From Gammaproteobacteria bacterium (GTDB lineage: Bacteria; Pseudomonadota; Gammaproteobacteria; SZUA-229), in NCBI GenBank assembly GCA_036567985.1, contig DATCTK010000022.1:471-64470 (forward strand): 64,000 bases of DNA, in the 5' to 3' direction. Below, in pieces: positions 1 through 9,480 of this stretch. Each line of letters opens with the position of its first letter. The first letter of the stretch is position 1. Below the pieces are notes generated by a model. That model worked only from the letters and a program-made list of their open reading frames with translations, had not been told where the DNA came from and ran no database searches. The position numbers and the translations under genes were made by a program.

Positions 1-80
1 GCAGCTGGGAAATCGCAGGTCCAGTTGGGTAATCGGGCAACCGATACTCTTACGGGGAAGGTGGCGTACCCCCATGATGG

Positions 81-1328
81 TCACAGTTCACCTTCTAACA
101 CATCATAAAACGCTTTATCTTTTAGATTGCTGATACTCACTAAGCCACCTGTTCTGAGGCTGTTTGTTCTGATCGTGTGCCGGGTACCATCGGCAGCTTT
201 CCCCTTCATTTTGTAATTCACCCGGATAACCAGCTTACCTTTTCGGTCCTCACCTGGGGCATCAAATACATACAATACTGCGGGATCTCGCTTGTCCCAT
301 AGTATGCTTTTGGGGTTATTGATGGCGTCCGGCATGGCACGCACCAGGTCTTTTGGGATGTGCCTGCCATCCTTTGAGTCACGCAGCAGGTGCATGATCT
401 CTTTATCGGTTACTGTAATCAGTGCGGTTTTTGGTGCCTGGTCGCGCTCGACCAGGGCGCTGACTATGGACGGTTTGAGGTAGCCTACTGTCTTAATTTC
501 ACCTTGTGGCTGTTTGCGATCGAGCAGCTGATTAACCCATGGGCTGAATGCCCTGGATAGTTTAGGTGACAGTGTCTGGGCCTCATTCAAAGCCTGGTTG
601 CGTAGTGCTTCAGGCATTCTCATTACCTGCTCACCCAGCGCGGTATCTGGCCCTAGCCAGGCTTTGCCCACATTGTAATCAAAGCCGGTATCAATGCCCT
701 GTGGCACCAGGCCATAATCTTCTCCGGTTTTTCGGTTAATACGGCGCTGGTAGTTAATGGCTGGTGCCTGGCTAAGTTCCAGTTTTTCCCGACGCATTTG
801 CCTGGGTGACAGCGTGCGTGCTGTACAGCGACAGCCCCAGCCATTGGGTGGGTAGAATGTAATCCAGAAGTCGTCATCAATGGCTAGCACCAGCCCATCC
901 CATGCCTCATGTTCAGGCCTTACACGTGCATCACCCACTGTCTGGTACTGCATATAGGGTCTGGTTTCTTTAACCCGCTGAATTTGCTGCCAGCGTCCCG
1001 CCATATGAGCCGATCGCATATTGGTGTCGTAGATTACCCGTGTGCGCCAACCGCGCTTTCCCTTGTAGTTCCAGCCGTGCTTGGCCACCAGGCCATCAAA
1101 TTGCTTGCGGAACTGACCTATGCTCATGCCGTCAGATATCGCCTGGTCGACGGTATTTCTCAGGTCCATTAGCAGATCATTTTTAGTGGCACCGGCCACG
1201 GTGAAAGCCTTGGCATGCACCTCGGCATTGAGGTCATCCCAGTACTGAGTGGGTAGATTCAACTTGCCTTTAAAGAAGCTGATCGCTTCTTCAAATTTGA
1301 CAGAACCTATATCGACAGTTGTTGGCAT
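81..1328 (-). CDS. Phage head morphogenesis protein, MuF/SPP1 gp7 family, with an extra C-terminal ~140-aa domain
   Basis: 415 aa. Conserved MuF core RPEHEAWDGLVLAIDDDFWITFYPPNGWGCRCT. Lies downstream of the portal in the packaging block. The C-terminal segment (KTALITVTDKEIMHLL...GKLVIRVNYKMKGK...) is outside the usual MuF core. Confidence 0.85.
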   Translation of the reverse strand: MPTTVDIGSVKFEEAISFFKGKLNLPTQYWDDLNAEVHAKAFTVAGATKNDLLMDLRNTVDQAISDGMSIGQFRKQFDGLVAKHGWNYKGKRGWRTRVIYDTNMRSAHMAGRWQQIQRVKETRPYMQYQTVGDARVRPEHEAWDGLVLAIDDDFWITFYPPNGWGCRCTARTLSPRQMRREKLELSQAPAINYQRRINRKTGEDYGLVPQGIDTGFDYNVGKAWLGPDTALGEQVMRMPEALRNQALNEAQTLSPKLSRAFSPWVNQLLDRKQPQGEIKTVGYLKPSIVSALVERDQAPKTALITVTDKEIMHLLRDSKDGRHIPKDLVRAMPDAINNPKSILWDKRDPAVLYVFDAPGEDRKGKLVIRVNYKMKGKAADGTRHTIRTNSLRTGGLVSISNLKDKAFYDVLEGEL

Positions 1329-1532
1329 CAGAAATTAGCTTTTGTGAGTGCAGCAGGTATCGTGACGTGGGGGATAATTTTTCCAGAACAATTAAAGCCA
1401 AAAAGCGTAGTTGCTTTGCTATTACTGCCTTGGTTCAGCTGATCGGTTGCAGCCTTTGGAAAGCCATACTCTTTAATTTTTTGGTGTTGATCTCGCAATT
1501 TCATATCCTCGCTAGTCGGTATGATATAAATA

Positions 1533-1739
1533 CTATGCCTGCACACTGAGCTTCACCTCAATGGCCGCCAACAACTTATCTCGGTGTTGCTTTATTTCAA
1601 TATACTTGGCACTGATATCAGCATTCTCTTCATCCTTGCATAGTGGACATGCAGGTGGTGAGATACCTAGTTCACTCCAGTTGCCAGGGTACTCATATTT
1701 AAGCTCATGCTTTCTGCACTCGAATGTTGGATGTTTCAT
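1533..1739 (-). CDS. Small zinc-ribbon protein (hypothetical, phage moron cluster)
   Basis: 68 aa with two Cys pairs (FECRKHE... PACPLCKDEE). Follows the minus-strand gene chain. Confidence 0.4.
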   Translation of the reverse strand: MKHPTFECRKHELKYEYPGNWSELGISPPACPLCKDEENADISAKYIEIKQHRDKLLAAIEVKLSVQA

Positions 1740-1748
1740 AATTGAGGA

Positions 1749-2015
1749 TTATGGATGCTTCGTTTTAACCACTTCACTCAGCTCATCTTTACTCAGGTAC
1801 CAGAATGGTTTCTGTCCATTCGAGTACTGCATCCTGGCAAAGTCGCCTGGCCGGGTGGAGAGGTGCGCCAGCACACGGTAGATGTTGGTCATATTGCTGT
1901 TATCCCAGGCACTGCTGCGTCGTGCACGTAAGAACATGACCAGTGGGAAGCACAGTAGCCCCAGTAAAAATGCCAGTATTGCGATAATTAAACTGATCAT
2001 TAGTAATTTCTCCAA
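1749..2015 (-). CDS. Small membrane protein (hypothetical)
   Basis: 88 aa. N-terminal hydrophobic stretch LLMISLIIAILAFLLGLLCFPLVMFL. Packed between neighbouring ORFs on the same strand. Confidence 0.4.
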   Translation of the reverse strand: MEKLLMISLIIAILAFLLGLLCFPLVMFLRARRSSAWDNSNMTNIYRVLAHLSTRPGDFARMQYSNGQKPFWYLSKDELSEVVKTKHP

Positions 2016-2061
2016 TTGAGTATGAGCTTCCCAGCCCCGTATATTCTGTTGTTAGCTGGCC

Positions 2062-2337
2062 TTAGTCCGGCAGTTGGCTCCACCACTCGACGCCGCAATT
2101 TTTACAGCGGCATCTGTCATAATCACCGCCGCCGCTAAGGCCGCCATAGTCTTCATCAATAATCTCAGCATCCGCGTGTGCCCATTGTCCTGGCGCACCT
2201 TTTGGCATTGGATGGACAGAGTTGCAAAGATAACGCGTGCCGTCTTTCGGCCAGCTAACGGGCAGTTCAACCGGACGCTCGGCATCGGTGCGGTTTTCAC
2301 TGTCAGTGCTCATAGTCAATCCCCCTGTGTGTTCCAT
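2062..2337 (-). CDS. Hypothetical protein
   Basis: 91-aa ORF in the same-strand chain; contains CRCKNCG motif; no recognisable family. Confidence 0.35.
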   Translation of the reverse strand: MEHTGGLTMSTDSENRTDAERPVELPVSWPKDGTRYLCNSVHPMPKGAPGQWAHADAEIIDEDYGGLSGGGDYDRCRCKNCGVEWWSQLPD

Positions 2338-2355
2338 GCGCCGGTTAACGGCGCG

Positions 2356-2676
2356 TTAGTTGTCTAATGTTCCGCACTCTTTCGAGTACAATAAATATTC
2401 TTCAACTTTTTTCTTTTTCTTCTCAATAAAACTTTCGTCTCGGTACATTATTCCTTTATCGGTATATGTAATTCCCTTGCTTGTAGAAATTACTGATTCA
2501 TTGACCATGTCAACCATCGCCAATAGATCGTTAAATTCCTTAAAAATGCGCTCGGCATTTGATGTTGATAGGTCGCGCTGCTCGTTAATGCCGAAACGTA
2601 GAGCTTTACATAACTCTTGATGCAGCTCAGAGCATTCTTCGCCCAATATTGTTAATAGGTGTTCTTGTCTATTCAT
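2356..2676 (-). CDS. Hypothetical protein, possibly MazG-like NTP pyrophosphohydrolase fold
   Basis: 106 aa. LLTILGEECSELHQE ... EFNDLLAMVDMV resembles the EExxE/DxxD helices of small MazG-like phage proteins. Sits in a locally AT-rich stretch (2360-2520). Confidence 0.35.
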   Translation of the reverse strand: MNRQEHLLTILGEECSELHQELCKALRFGINEQRDLSTSNAERIFKEFNDLLAMVDMVNESVISTSKGITYTDKGIMYRDESFIEKKKKKVEEYLLYSKECGTLDN

Positions 2677-2854
2677 GCGCCAGCCTCCACAGCTAACAAG
2701 TTAATAAAGTTCGCTACGCTTGGACCCGCAAACAGCGCGGGCCACTTATCACAGCGTTATATTTCTCACGCATTCCACAGCGCATAAAGCAGTAACCCAA
2801 CCAGCGCCCCAAACAATGGAAAGTAATACCACTCCATCATGATAACCCCTCTTG

Positions 2855-3151
2855 TTATAGGCATTGCGTCACGTCGATGGCATACACCATCACCGGCTTG
2901 TCACCAAAATGCGGGTGAGTGATCTGCTTTTGTGGGGGATATGAAACCCACTTTCGACGTAGTGTTTTAGATTCATCCCCGCGCTTTGGATAACCCAACT
3001 TGAGATGAATCTCGTCATATGGCGCACCACGCAGACGACGTTCCCAGTAGTCATTTGCCAGCCGGTATTCTTCTGGTTTCTCACCATTAGCTATCGCATG
3101 CCAGTGCACGGCCTTCAAGTGCAGTATCAAAATACGCATAAATCTAAGCAT
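2855..3151 (-). CDS. Hypothetical protein
   Basis: 98-aa ORF in the same-strand chain between portal and F; no recognisable motifs. Confidence 0.35.
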   Translation of the reverse strand: MLRFMRILILHLKAVHWHAIANGEKPEEYRLANDYWERRLRGAPYDEIHLKLGYPKRGDESKTLRRKWVSYPPQKQITHPHFGDKPVMVYAIDVTQCL

Positions 3152-3650
3152 CCCGCCAATTCGGCCATTTATTACACATCATCTGCCCGTCGCATTCCTC
3201 ATGTATGCAGGTACACTGATCATCGTAGGTCATGTTCTCCTTGTAGCGTGCAACACAGCCACATTGAGTGCACTTTAAAAAACCTTCATCCGGCTTCGTA
3301 AATCGTACCTTCGTAATCGGACCTGAAAACTGGGAATGAACATAGTCACGGGCGGCCTTTTCAAGCGGTTCGAACATGTCTACGGTGCGGGTACAGCGGT
3401 AGTGGTTTTTATCCGTGGTAAATGCTGTGCACACGGGCTTGTTATGTTCGTCGTAGGTCCACTCATCAGGGTATGCCGGGTCATCAATGCCGAAGCTGAT
3501 GGCGCGTAAATGGATATCGCAGGCATCGATATCGCCTGTCATTTCATCAACTGACTCATTGATGCAGTGGTAGCAAAATTCGGCTTCGAAGCCAGCGCCT
3601 TCAGACTGGTTGGAGGGTCGGTATAATTTAGTCATTTCGATCGATCTCAT
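3144..3650 (-). CDS. Cys-rich hypothetical protein
   Basis: 168 aa with about 14 Cys (CYHC, CTQCGCV, CTCIHEECDG). Its start overlaps the portal stop, so it is translationally coupled. Confidence 0.45.
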   Translation of the reverse strand: MRSIEMTKLYRPSNQSEGAGFEAEFCYHCINESVDEMTGDIDACDIHLRAISFGIDDPAYPDEWTYDEHNKPVCTAFTTDKNHYRCTRTVDMFEPLEKAARDYVHSQFSGPITKVRFTKPDEGFLKCTQCGCVARYKENMTYDDQCTCIHEECDGQMMCNKWPNWRDA

Positions 3651-5142
3651 GCATGCCGTCCAGCTGTCCTGACAGTAATGCCAGGGCTGTCATCTCACCT
3701 AGGCGTTTTTCATCCATTTCCGGCGCAATGGTTTCCAGGCCATCACGGAATTCTTCAAGCGTGGCGGCCTTCTTGAGCAGGTTTTTAATGGGTTGTGCCA
3801 GATCCGCAATTAATGCATCTGCCTCGGTTGCTGCCTGTTCAGAAAACTGGTCGATAGAAGTGGTATTATCAGCCGCTGCAAACTGATGGTGCCCACCGCA
3901 GTTTGGACACTGGCTAAATTCAGCCTGTACAGGGGCTGGGGTTTTATTGGCACGGGGTAAAACAGCCTCACCATCCTGTGGCAATGGAATTTGTAAACGG
4001 TCATGTGCGAAGCTTGCAGGGATATTTACAAATTCACGGGCTGTATCCAGCACGTCTGCCCAGTCTTTCCGGGCCTCGCTCTCTTCAAAAAACTCAAACT
4101 GAGGCGCAACCGCACCGGCAAAGTTTAATTGGGTCACCCACTCAAATAACTGATTGAAGGTGTCACAGATGATCTGCCGATCGGATGCATTCACCGACTG
4201 TTCGCGCTCCCGGTGTGTTTCACTGGCAGCACGTGAACCCTGGCCCTGAATTTCAGTGGCCAATGTTTGGGAGGTAATCGCCTTTGAAAGCTCCTTGTTG
4301 CACATATTCACCAGGCGTTCATGCACCACCTCACCCGAATGTTTAGTTTCCAGCAGCTCCACTGCACCGGTATCGGGGATTGCGGCCACACCGTCTTCGA
4401 CCATGTCAGCCAGCTGATCGGCCAGCTCGTTCTGTTCTGCAAGCGGTGTGCCCTGTGGGTACTTGCCGATTGCCCAGGGAATACCGTACTTTTCACAGAA
4501 CTTCATGAAGTACTTCAGGCCATTGTGCTTAAATATATACGGCCAGAAACACGAGCTGAACACTGCAACACCATAGGGGTTTTCATAGCTGTGCATATGG
4601 CGTGTGAGTAGCCATTTCTTGTCGCCCAGCTCTTCACCCTCTGACGGATTGTTCTGCGTTAACAGACGCAGCTCATTGTCCGGTGAGAAAATAAAACGGC
4701 GATTGGGCCGGTCCACGACCTTGCCGGGTACCAGAAACTGCCCATCGCGTTGCCACACCACTTCATGCACCTGATAGCCACGAAATACGCCCTGAGCCAT
4801 ATTCCAGATGGTATCAGACCACTGCATGCCGTGAGATGGCTTACCGCTCATGATCTTCTGGCACAGTTCGAGTGCCTGGATATCCACCGCGGATTCACCC
4901 TTGGTGGTTAAACGATATTCAAAGCCCAGCAGGGATGAGCGTACTGAGCGCAGGTCACCGATTACATGGCTATCGAGCACGATGGCATCATAGACTTCCT
5001 GTGACTTACCCATTTTACGCAGTACCACATCCGGGTTGGGTAAAAACGAAAGCCCCGCATAAAAGTTGGGGTCATTTCTGCGAGTGGCTATGTCGCTTTT
5101 GAGTGTGCCCTGTGAGGCTTTTTTAATGTCTGATGTATTCAT
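3628..5142 (-). CDS. Portal protein, Mu gp29-like (DUF935)
   Basis: 504 aa, immediately downstream of TerL. N-terminal region matches the DUF935 portal architecture (NPDVVLRKMGKSQEVYDAIVLDSHV...). Confidence 0.85.
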   Translation of the reverse strand: MNTSDIKKASQGTLKSDIATRRNDPNFYAGLSFLPNPDVVLRKMGKSQEVYDAIVLDSHVIGDLRSVRSSLLGFEYRLTTKGESAVDIQALELCQKIMSGKPSHGMQWSDTIWNMAQGVFRGYQVHEVVWQRDGQFLVPGKVVDRPNRRFIFSPDNELRLLTQNNPSEGEELGDKKWLLTRHMHSYENPYGVAVFSSCFWPYIFKHNGLKYFMKFCEKYGIPWAIGKYPQGTPLAEQNELADQLADMVEDGVAAIPDTGAVELLETKHSGEVVHERLVNMCNKELSKAITSQTLATEIQGQGSRAASETHREREQSVNASDRQIICDTFNQLFEWVTQLNFAGAVAPQFEFFEESEARKDWADVLDTAREFVNIPASFAHDRLQIPLPQDGEAVLPRANKTPAPVQAEFSQCPNCGGHHQFAAADNTTSIDQFSEQAATEADALIADLAQPIKNLLKKAATLEEFRDGLETIAPEMDEKRLGEMTALALLSGQLDGMHEIDRND

Positions 5143-5144
5143 GG

Positions 5145-6905
5145 TTAATAACCTGGTATATGACGCCTGGACGAATTGCTGCGCCTGCCAGCGGTTGCAA
5201 TTTTAGGAATGCCACTGGCACGAGTTGACGCCACCATCCATAGAATGTGCAAAGCTACCAGGGCATCGAAATGGTGATGGGTTTGTTTTTCTGGCCACTC
5301 ATCCAGTTGATCTAATAACTGGGTGAGTGATGAGTGCAGCACGATTTGTGGAGATGCATCATTAATAAAGGGTTCAAGTGACTCAATGCGCACACCCATA
5401 TCGACTGATGCAGTTACACCCACCAACGGCAATGCAATGCCGTGCTCTGACAATGCCTGTGTGCGGAACTCTGTGCGCATGTACTCATAGGCATTATTGT
5501 TTTCAAAACCGATTGCCTGGCAATTGTATTCACGTTGAATCTTGATTAAATCGGCTTTCAAGGTGCTTGATAACCGTCGTTTAGATAATGCTTCAACCAC
5601 ACACAGCTGCGTGGTTTCTGTATCCCAGGCACCCACCAGTATTGCACTCGGGTCTGATGTCTGACCCTTGCCCATGGATGGGTCACAGGCACCAAAATGC
5701 ACCCAGTGGTGCTTTTTCATTACCCAAAACTTGATATCAGTGAAGACCTTGTCATCGTCACTGCGTGGGTCACCCTGCATTTCGGTACCGAACGCCCGAC
5801 GATTTTTAGCACGGGCTTTCATCAGGCCAAACAGCGAACGTACAGATGGCCATGAGACCACAGCGCCTTTGTCCATTCGCTTTTTATTCTTCAAATAGAA
5901 CTTATATGATGGCAACTCAGTTTCATCGAGCATAATACCCTTGTCATCCGCCTGCCGTTCTGCCTTGGGGTCCTGGTTGCGCATGATCTCTTCGCAACGT
6001 GCCCACAAGTCATCATGTATTGGGAATTGCTCAATCGCCTTAAAGTGATGAACCTTGTAGCCAATGGTGTTCTTAGCACGTGATATAGGGTCATCTTTAT
6101 TTAAGATGGTACCCACGCCCATGAATTTAACCGAGCCATCCGGAGGGCCAAGATAATCAATCGCTTTCTCAATCCAGTCCCAGCGGTTATCACGCTCGGT
6201 AGGGCTTTTGGCTTCTTTATCAGTGATCAGATCATCACCTAATAGAATTTTGGGGCGGCTGGCACCGTGGAATGTTCCTCGAATTGCCTGTTCCGCCCCA
6301 AAGGGTTCAATCTTCACGTTAGTTCTGGTGACAAGTTCCCCAACTTTCCAAACAGGTCCACGGCCACAGACTTCAGGAAAGTCCATGCGCAACATCGCGT
6401 TGCTTTCCAACTCTGTTTTTATCACCATCAATAACTTGGTGGGCAGCTTCGTTTCGGCACCCAGTAGAACCACGTAGTCCAGGAAAGCAGGGATTTTATC
6501 AATGCCAACAGCCGCACGTATTTCAGGGCGCTGAAGTAAGCCAAGCACAGCAATGAATACCGGTCCCACCTTGGTGAGCAGGGACGATTTCGCCTCGCCA
6601 CGCGGAGCGACCCAGAATTGTTTACTACCGGCTTCCTGCGCCAGGGTAGATGGAAAGGTTCGGCAAAAATGTGCCTGAAATGAGGATGACTCACCTCGAA
6701 TGTGATGAGGAAAGTAAGTGTAAGCAAAGAATGTAAAATCAAGATTAAGCACCCTTTTTCTGCGTTCGGATACGGCTTGCGGACTATCATCCAGACCCGC
6801 TGCAAAGGCTTCGATAGATTGACGTAACCCGACCTGTAACTCAGCCAGCTCATTTAAGAATTCACGTTCATGCATTGGAAAGCACCTTGCTGATATGCTG
6901 TCCAA
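5145..6905 (-). CDS. Terminase large subunit
   Basis: 586 aa. N-terminal ATPase with PRGEAKSS Walker-A-like motif. C-terminal nuclease region (FGACDPSMGKGQTSDPSAILV). Positioned between small terminase and portal. Confidence 0.85.
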   Translation of the reverse strand: MDSISARCFPMHEREFLNELAELQVGLRQSIEAFAAGLDDSPQAVSERRKRVLNLDFTFFAYTYFPHHIRGESSSFQAHFCRTFPSTLAQEAGSKQFWVAPRGEAKSSLLTKVGPVFIAVLGLLQRPEIRAAVGIDKIPAFLDYVVLLGAETKLPTKLLMVIKTELESNAMLRMDFPEVCGRGPVWKVGELVTRTNVKIEPFGAEQAIRGTFHGASRPKILLGDDLITDKEAKSPTERDNRWDWIEKAIDYLGPPDGSVKFMGVGTILNKDDPISRAKNTIGYKVHHFKAIEQFPIHDDLWARCEEIMRNQDPKAERQADDKGIMLDETELPSYKFYLKNKKRMDKGAVVSWPSVRSLFGLMKARAKNRRAFGTEMQGDPRSDDDKVFTDIKFWVMKKHHWVHFGACDPSMGKGQTSDPSAILVGAWDTETTQLCVVEALSKRRLSSTLKADLIKIQREYNCQAIGFENNNAYEYMRTEFRTQALSEHGIALPLVGVTASVDMGVRIESLEPFINDASPQIVLHSSLTQLLDQLDEWPEKQTHHHFDALVALHILWMVASTRASGIPKIATAGRRSNSSRRHIPGY

Positions 6906-7371
6906 ATGGTTCGAGAATCAATACAAACCGTTCAAGGTCATGCGGTGAGTGCTTGCGAATGTATTTAGCCAGCTCTTCAAGTACTTCCATGGCGATAGAG
7001 AGTTGCGCAATTTTGGGGTTAGAGTTACCGGCCGCCTTCATGGTTTTAGTGTATGCATCAGATAAGCGACTGATCACTTCAGCCTTTTGAATAGCCGTGA
7101 AGTCACCTTCTTTCAACTCCGTGATAGTAGTTTGAAACAGGCGTGCAAAGTCTTCGAGTACTTCTGCAGTCATTTCACCGACACCGCCACCGGCCATGCG
7201 TGATGCGGCGCGGGCCTTGTCCCAGTCATCGCCATCATTCTCGGCTTTCTTTTTCCAGCTGCGAGCCGTCTGGTAATTTATATTGTGCAGCTGTGCAGCA
7301 TGCTGTAATGATTTTTTGTCATACACATAAGAACGTCTTACAGCCAGCTTTGTCTCTTCAGAATGGGCCAC
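6868..7371 (-). CDS. Terminase small subunit-like protein, Mu gp27-like
   Basis: 167 aa with an N-terminal HTH-like region (KKSLQHAAQLHNINYQTARSWKKK). Directly upstream of, and overlapping, TerL. Confidence 0.6.
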   Translation of the reverse strand: MAHSEETKLAVRRSYVYDKKSLQHAAQLHNINYQTARSWKKKAENDGDDWDKARAASRMAGGGVGEMTAEVLEDFARLFQTTITELKEGDFTAIQKAEVISRLSDAYTKTMKAAGNSNPKIAQLSIAMEVLEELAKYIRKHSPHDLERFVLILEPFGQHISKVLSNA

Positions 7372-7374
7372 CGA

Positions 7375-7602
7375 TCAACTCACCACGCCCTTGAAGGTTT
7401 CTTTTAAAAAGTACAGTGCGGTCGCCATTACGCCGCCAGACACCATGCCATTGCGTGCACCATTCATTTCTGCTTTACGTAAGCGTGAATCCATACTGGA
7501 TCTGGCCTCATGCTCTTTTTCCTGATTTTCGAGTATGGAATCCACCTTACCTTCCAACTGTCCAATCGCGCGGTGTAAATCATTAATATCAGCCATGCTC
7601 AA
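7375..7602 (-). CDS. Hypothetical coiled-coil protein with C-terminal hydrophobic segment (possible lysis accessory protein)
   Basis: 75 aa. C-terminal GMVSGGVMATALYFL hydrophobic tail. Sits in the lysis/packaging junction. Confidence 0.35.
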   Translation of the reverse strand: MSMADINDLHRAIGQLEGKVDSILENQEKEHEARSSMDSRLRKAEMNGARNGMVSGGVMATALYFLKETFKGVVS

Positions 7603-7835
7603 GCCTTACCCTTGTTTTTAATTTCCAGAATGTTTTCACAATCAACACACCGTACACAGGTAGGTACGGTTTCAATGCGTTGCTTTGGAATCGGCTCTTC
7701 GCACTCTTTACAACAACGAGAACCATCAATAATTAAGGGTGACTCAACAGGCCGAAATTTGTGGGCATTGAGAATGCGCTCACGCTCCTGTTCTTCGTGG
7801 TGAGTAGCGACATCACTAGGATCGGGTATACGCAT
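7599..7835 (-). CDS. TraR/DksA-family C4 zinc-finger protein
   Basis: 78 aa with CCKEC...CVRCVDC four-Cys arrangement at the C-terminus, typical of phage TraR/DksA-like proteins. Confidence 0.65.
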   Translation of the reverse strand: MRIPDPSDVATHHEEQERERILNAHKFRPVESPLIIDGSRCCKECEEPIPKQRIETVPTCVRCVDCENILEIKNKGKA

Positions 7836-7837
7836 AC

Positions 7838-8404
7838 TTATTTACCCATAATCCGTTGAGCGACGGCGCTCATGATGCCAGGCGGCTGAGGCAGGCCTAC
7901 AGCTGTCTGCTTGTCTTTACTTCGCTGCTGCACATTAACGCCCAGAACCGCCATGGCAATGCCCCACATAAATGACAATGATGCCATCGCGGCAATAATA
8001 GCGGGTGCTTCTTTGGGTGAATCGAAGATGGCATAGCTTAAGGCTGCCATCATTAGAAACCACGATAATGCAACCAGGTAACCGAACGTGGGTCGCCAGC
8101 TCGAAACATACCGGCTTTTGCTAGCATACTCAGCACGCATGGTCTGGTTAACGGCTTCGAGGCGCTTGGTGCGCTCTTCCATGCGGGAAATAATCACAGG
8201 CTGCATGGCCTGCTGGAATTGAATTTGTAATGCAGGGTCGTTTTTGATTTGTGTAGCAGCATCCTGTGGGTCATCAACACCGGTTACCGTTTTCGCCACC
8301 TCAATCAGGGTTTCAGTGGTTTTAACATCATCGTCATCACCAAACCAGCTGACCACCTGCGGTACCAGTTTGCTCAAGCCCAGCGCTATTGAAATTGGCT
8401 CCAT
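7838..8404 (-). CDS. Membrane protein downstream of endolysin (putative holin or lysis regulator)
   Basis: 188 aa. Soluble N-terminus, then two strong TM helices (FGYLVALSWFLMMAALSYAIF; AIIAAMASLSFMWGIAMAVLGV). Its start abuts the lysin stop. Confidence 0.45.
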   Translation of the reverse strand: MEPISIALGLSKLVPQVVSWFGDDDDVKTTETLIEVAKTVTGVDDPQDAATQIKNDPALQIQFQQAMQPVIISRMEERTKRLEAVNQTMRAEYASKSRYVSSWRPTFGYLVALSWFLMMAALSYAIFDSPKEAPAIIAAMASLSFMWGIAMAVLGVNVQQRSKDKQTAVGLPQPPGIMSAVAQRIMGK

Positions 8405-8997
8405 TATTCCCCCAGTACAAACTGCTGTAGTTTAAATAGACGGTTGAACCAGCCCCGCAGGAATTCAGCCTGGCTAGAGTCTGCTCGAACGATGGAGTGA
8501 TAAAACATCGCGCGATAGCCAAGAAACTCCACAATCACTTCACCCATACCCAAATGACCAATTCGGGTATTTAATGCGTGAATGGTTTTGGGGCCAATTA
8601 CACCGTCTATTCGTGTGCGCACGGTTTGCTGCAGCAGCTTCACTGCATCACGTGGGTCGTGGTTCACTGCAGAGCCGAACACCATAATTGCAAACTCAGT
8701 CGGCAACTGACCGCATCTGGCCTTATCCCAGTACTCGACCTTGTAAAAATCCTCAACCATCTGGTTGAGGCTATCCAGTTGATAGAGAATGTCTGGGAAT
8801 AGCGGATGACGTTTATAATCATCAATGATGTTCCAGCCTTCCCAGGTGGGATGCCAGCGGCGCGAAATACCTTTGTAGGTCTCACGACCTTTATCATTGT
8901 CATGATTCGAATAGCCGCCTTCTACATCAAGCAGAAAGGTGTAGGCCAGGCGAAACAGTTCGAGTTCTTCAATTTGAGGTTTCATGCAGCAAAGCAT
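8404..8997 (-). CDS. Endolysin: GH108 N-acetylmuramidase with C-terminal peptidoglycan-binding (PG_binding_3-like) domain
   Basis: EGGYSNHDNDKGRETYKGI is the hallmark GH108 catalytic motif. C-terminal IDGVIGPKTIHALN is PG-binding-like. The true start may be the internal Met at 8982. Confidence 0.85.
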   Translation of the reverse strand: MLCCMKPQIEELELFRLAYTFLLDVEGGYSNHDNDKGRETYKGISRRWHPTWEGWNIIDDYKRHPLFPDILYQLDSLNQMVEDFYKVEYWDKARCGQLPTEFAIMVFGSAVNHDPRDAVKLLQQTVRTRIDGVIGPKTIHALNTRIGHLGMGEVIVEFLGYRAMFYHSIVRADSSQAEFLRGWFNRLFKLQQFVLGE

Positions 8998-9012
8998 GAA
9001 TTATGGAAGGGG

Positions 9013-9042
9013 CAAAAATAAGGGGAGACAAGTGTCTCCCCG
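9013..9042 (-). terminator. Palindrome GGGGAGACAAGTGTCTCCCC with T-tract on the minus strand (intrinsic terminator after the Mor-family gene and/or late-promoter operator)
   Basis: Perfect 8-bp stem at 9023-9042, preceded on the plus strand by AAAAATAA. The same stem sequence recurs at 18954-18986. Confidence 0.55.
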
Positions 9043-9072
9043 GAAGTGTTACAGCCAGTATTGAGAGTTGCA

Positions 9073-9480
9073 TCATCCCATCATGTCATCAAACATGTCA
9101 AGGGTCGGGTTATCATCGTCATCATTTCGTATGCGCTGCACCTGCCTCACGGTCAGGTTGTATTGCCTGGCAAGAACCGATTTCGGCACATTGGGTGATG
9201 ATTGAATGTGTAGATTACGTATCTGGCTTAATATCTTATCAGCCTTGGGTAAGGTAAGGCGCTGACCAGCATATTGACTGGACGCCAGTTTCATAACCGA
9301 TTCATGGCTAATCGTTTTGTGCAGGTAAGTATCGTGGCTCTTACCCAGGGGTATCCATACACGTTGACCACCATAGGCCTCTAACAGCTTTATGGTATCC
9401 GGCAGGTCAATGATCTTCACCAGCTCGCGCGTTTGCGGTGGCAGTAAACATTCATCAACCAGCTGTAACACATCATCCAT
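9073..9480 (-). CDS. Mor/C-family transcriptional activator (middle/late gene activator)
   Basis: 135 aa. C-terminal HTH (SVLARQYNLTVRQVQRIRN) and size typical of Mu Mor/C. Lies directly upstream of the lysis/late block. Confidence 0.7.
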   Translation of the reverse strand: MDDVLQLVDECLLPPQTRELVKIIDLPDTIKLLEAYGGQRVWIPLGKSHDTYLHKTISHESVMKLASSQYAGQRLTLPKADKILSQIRNLHIQSSPNVPKSVLARQYNLTVRQVQRIRNDDDDNPTLDMFDDMMG

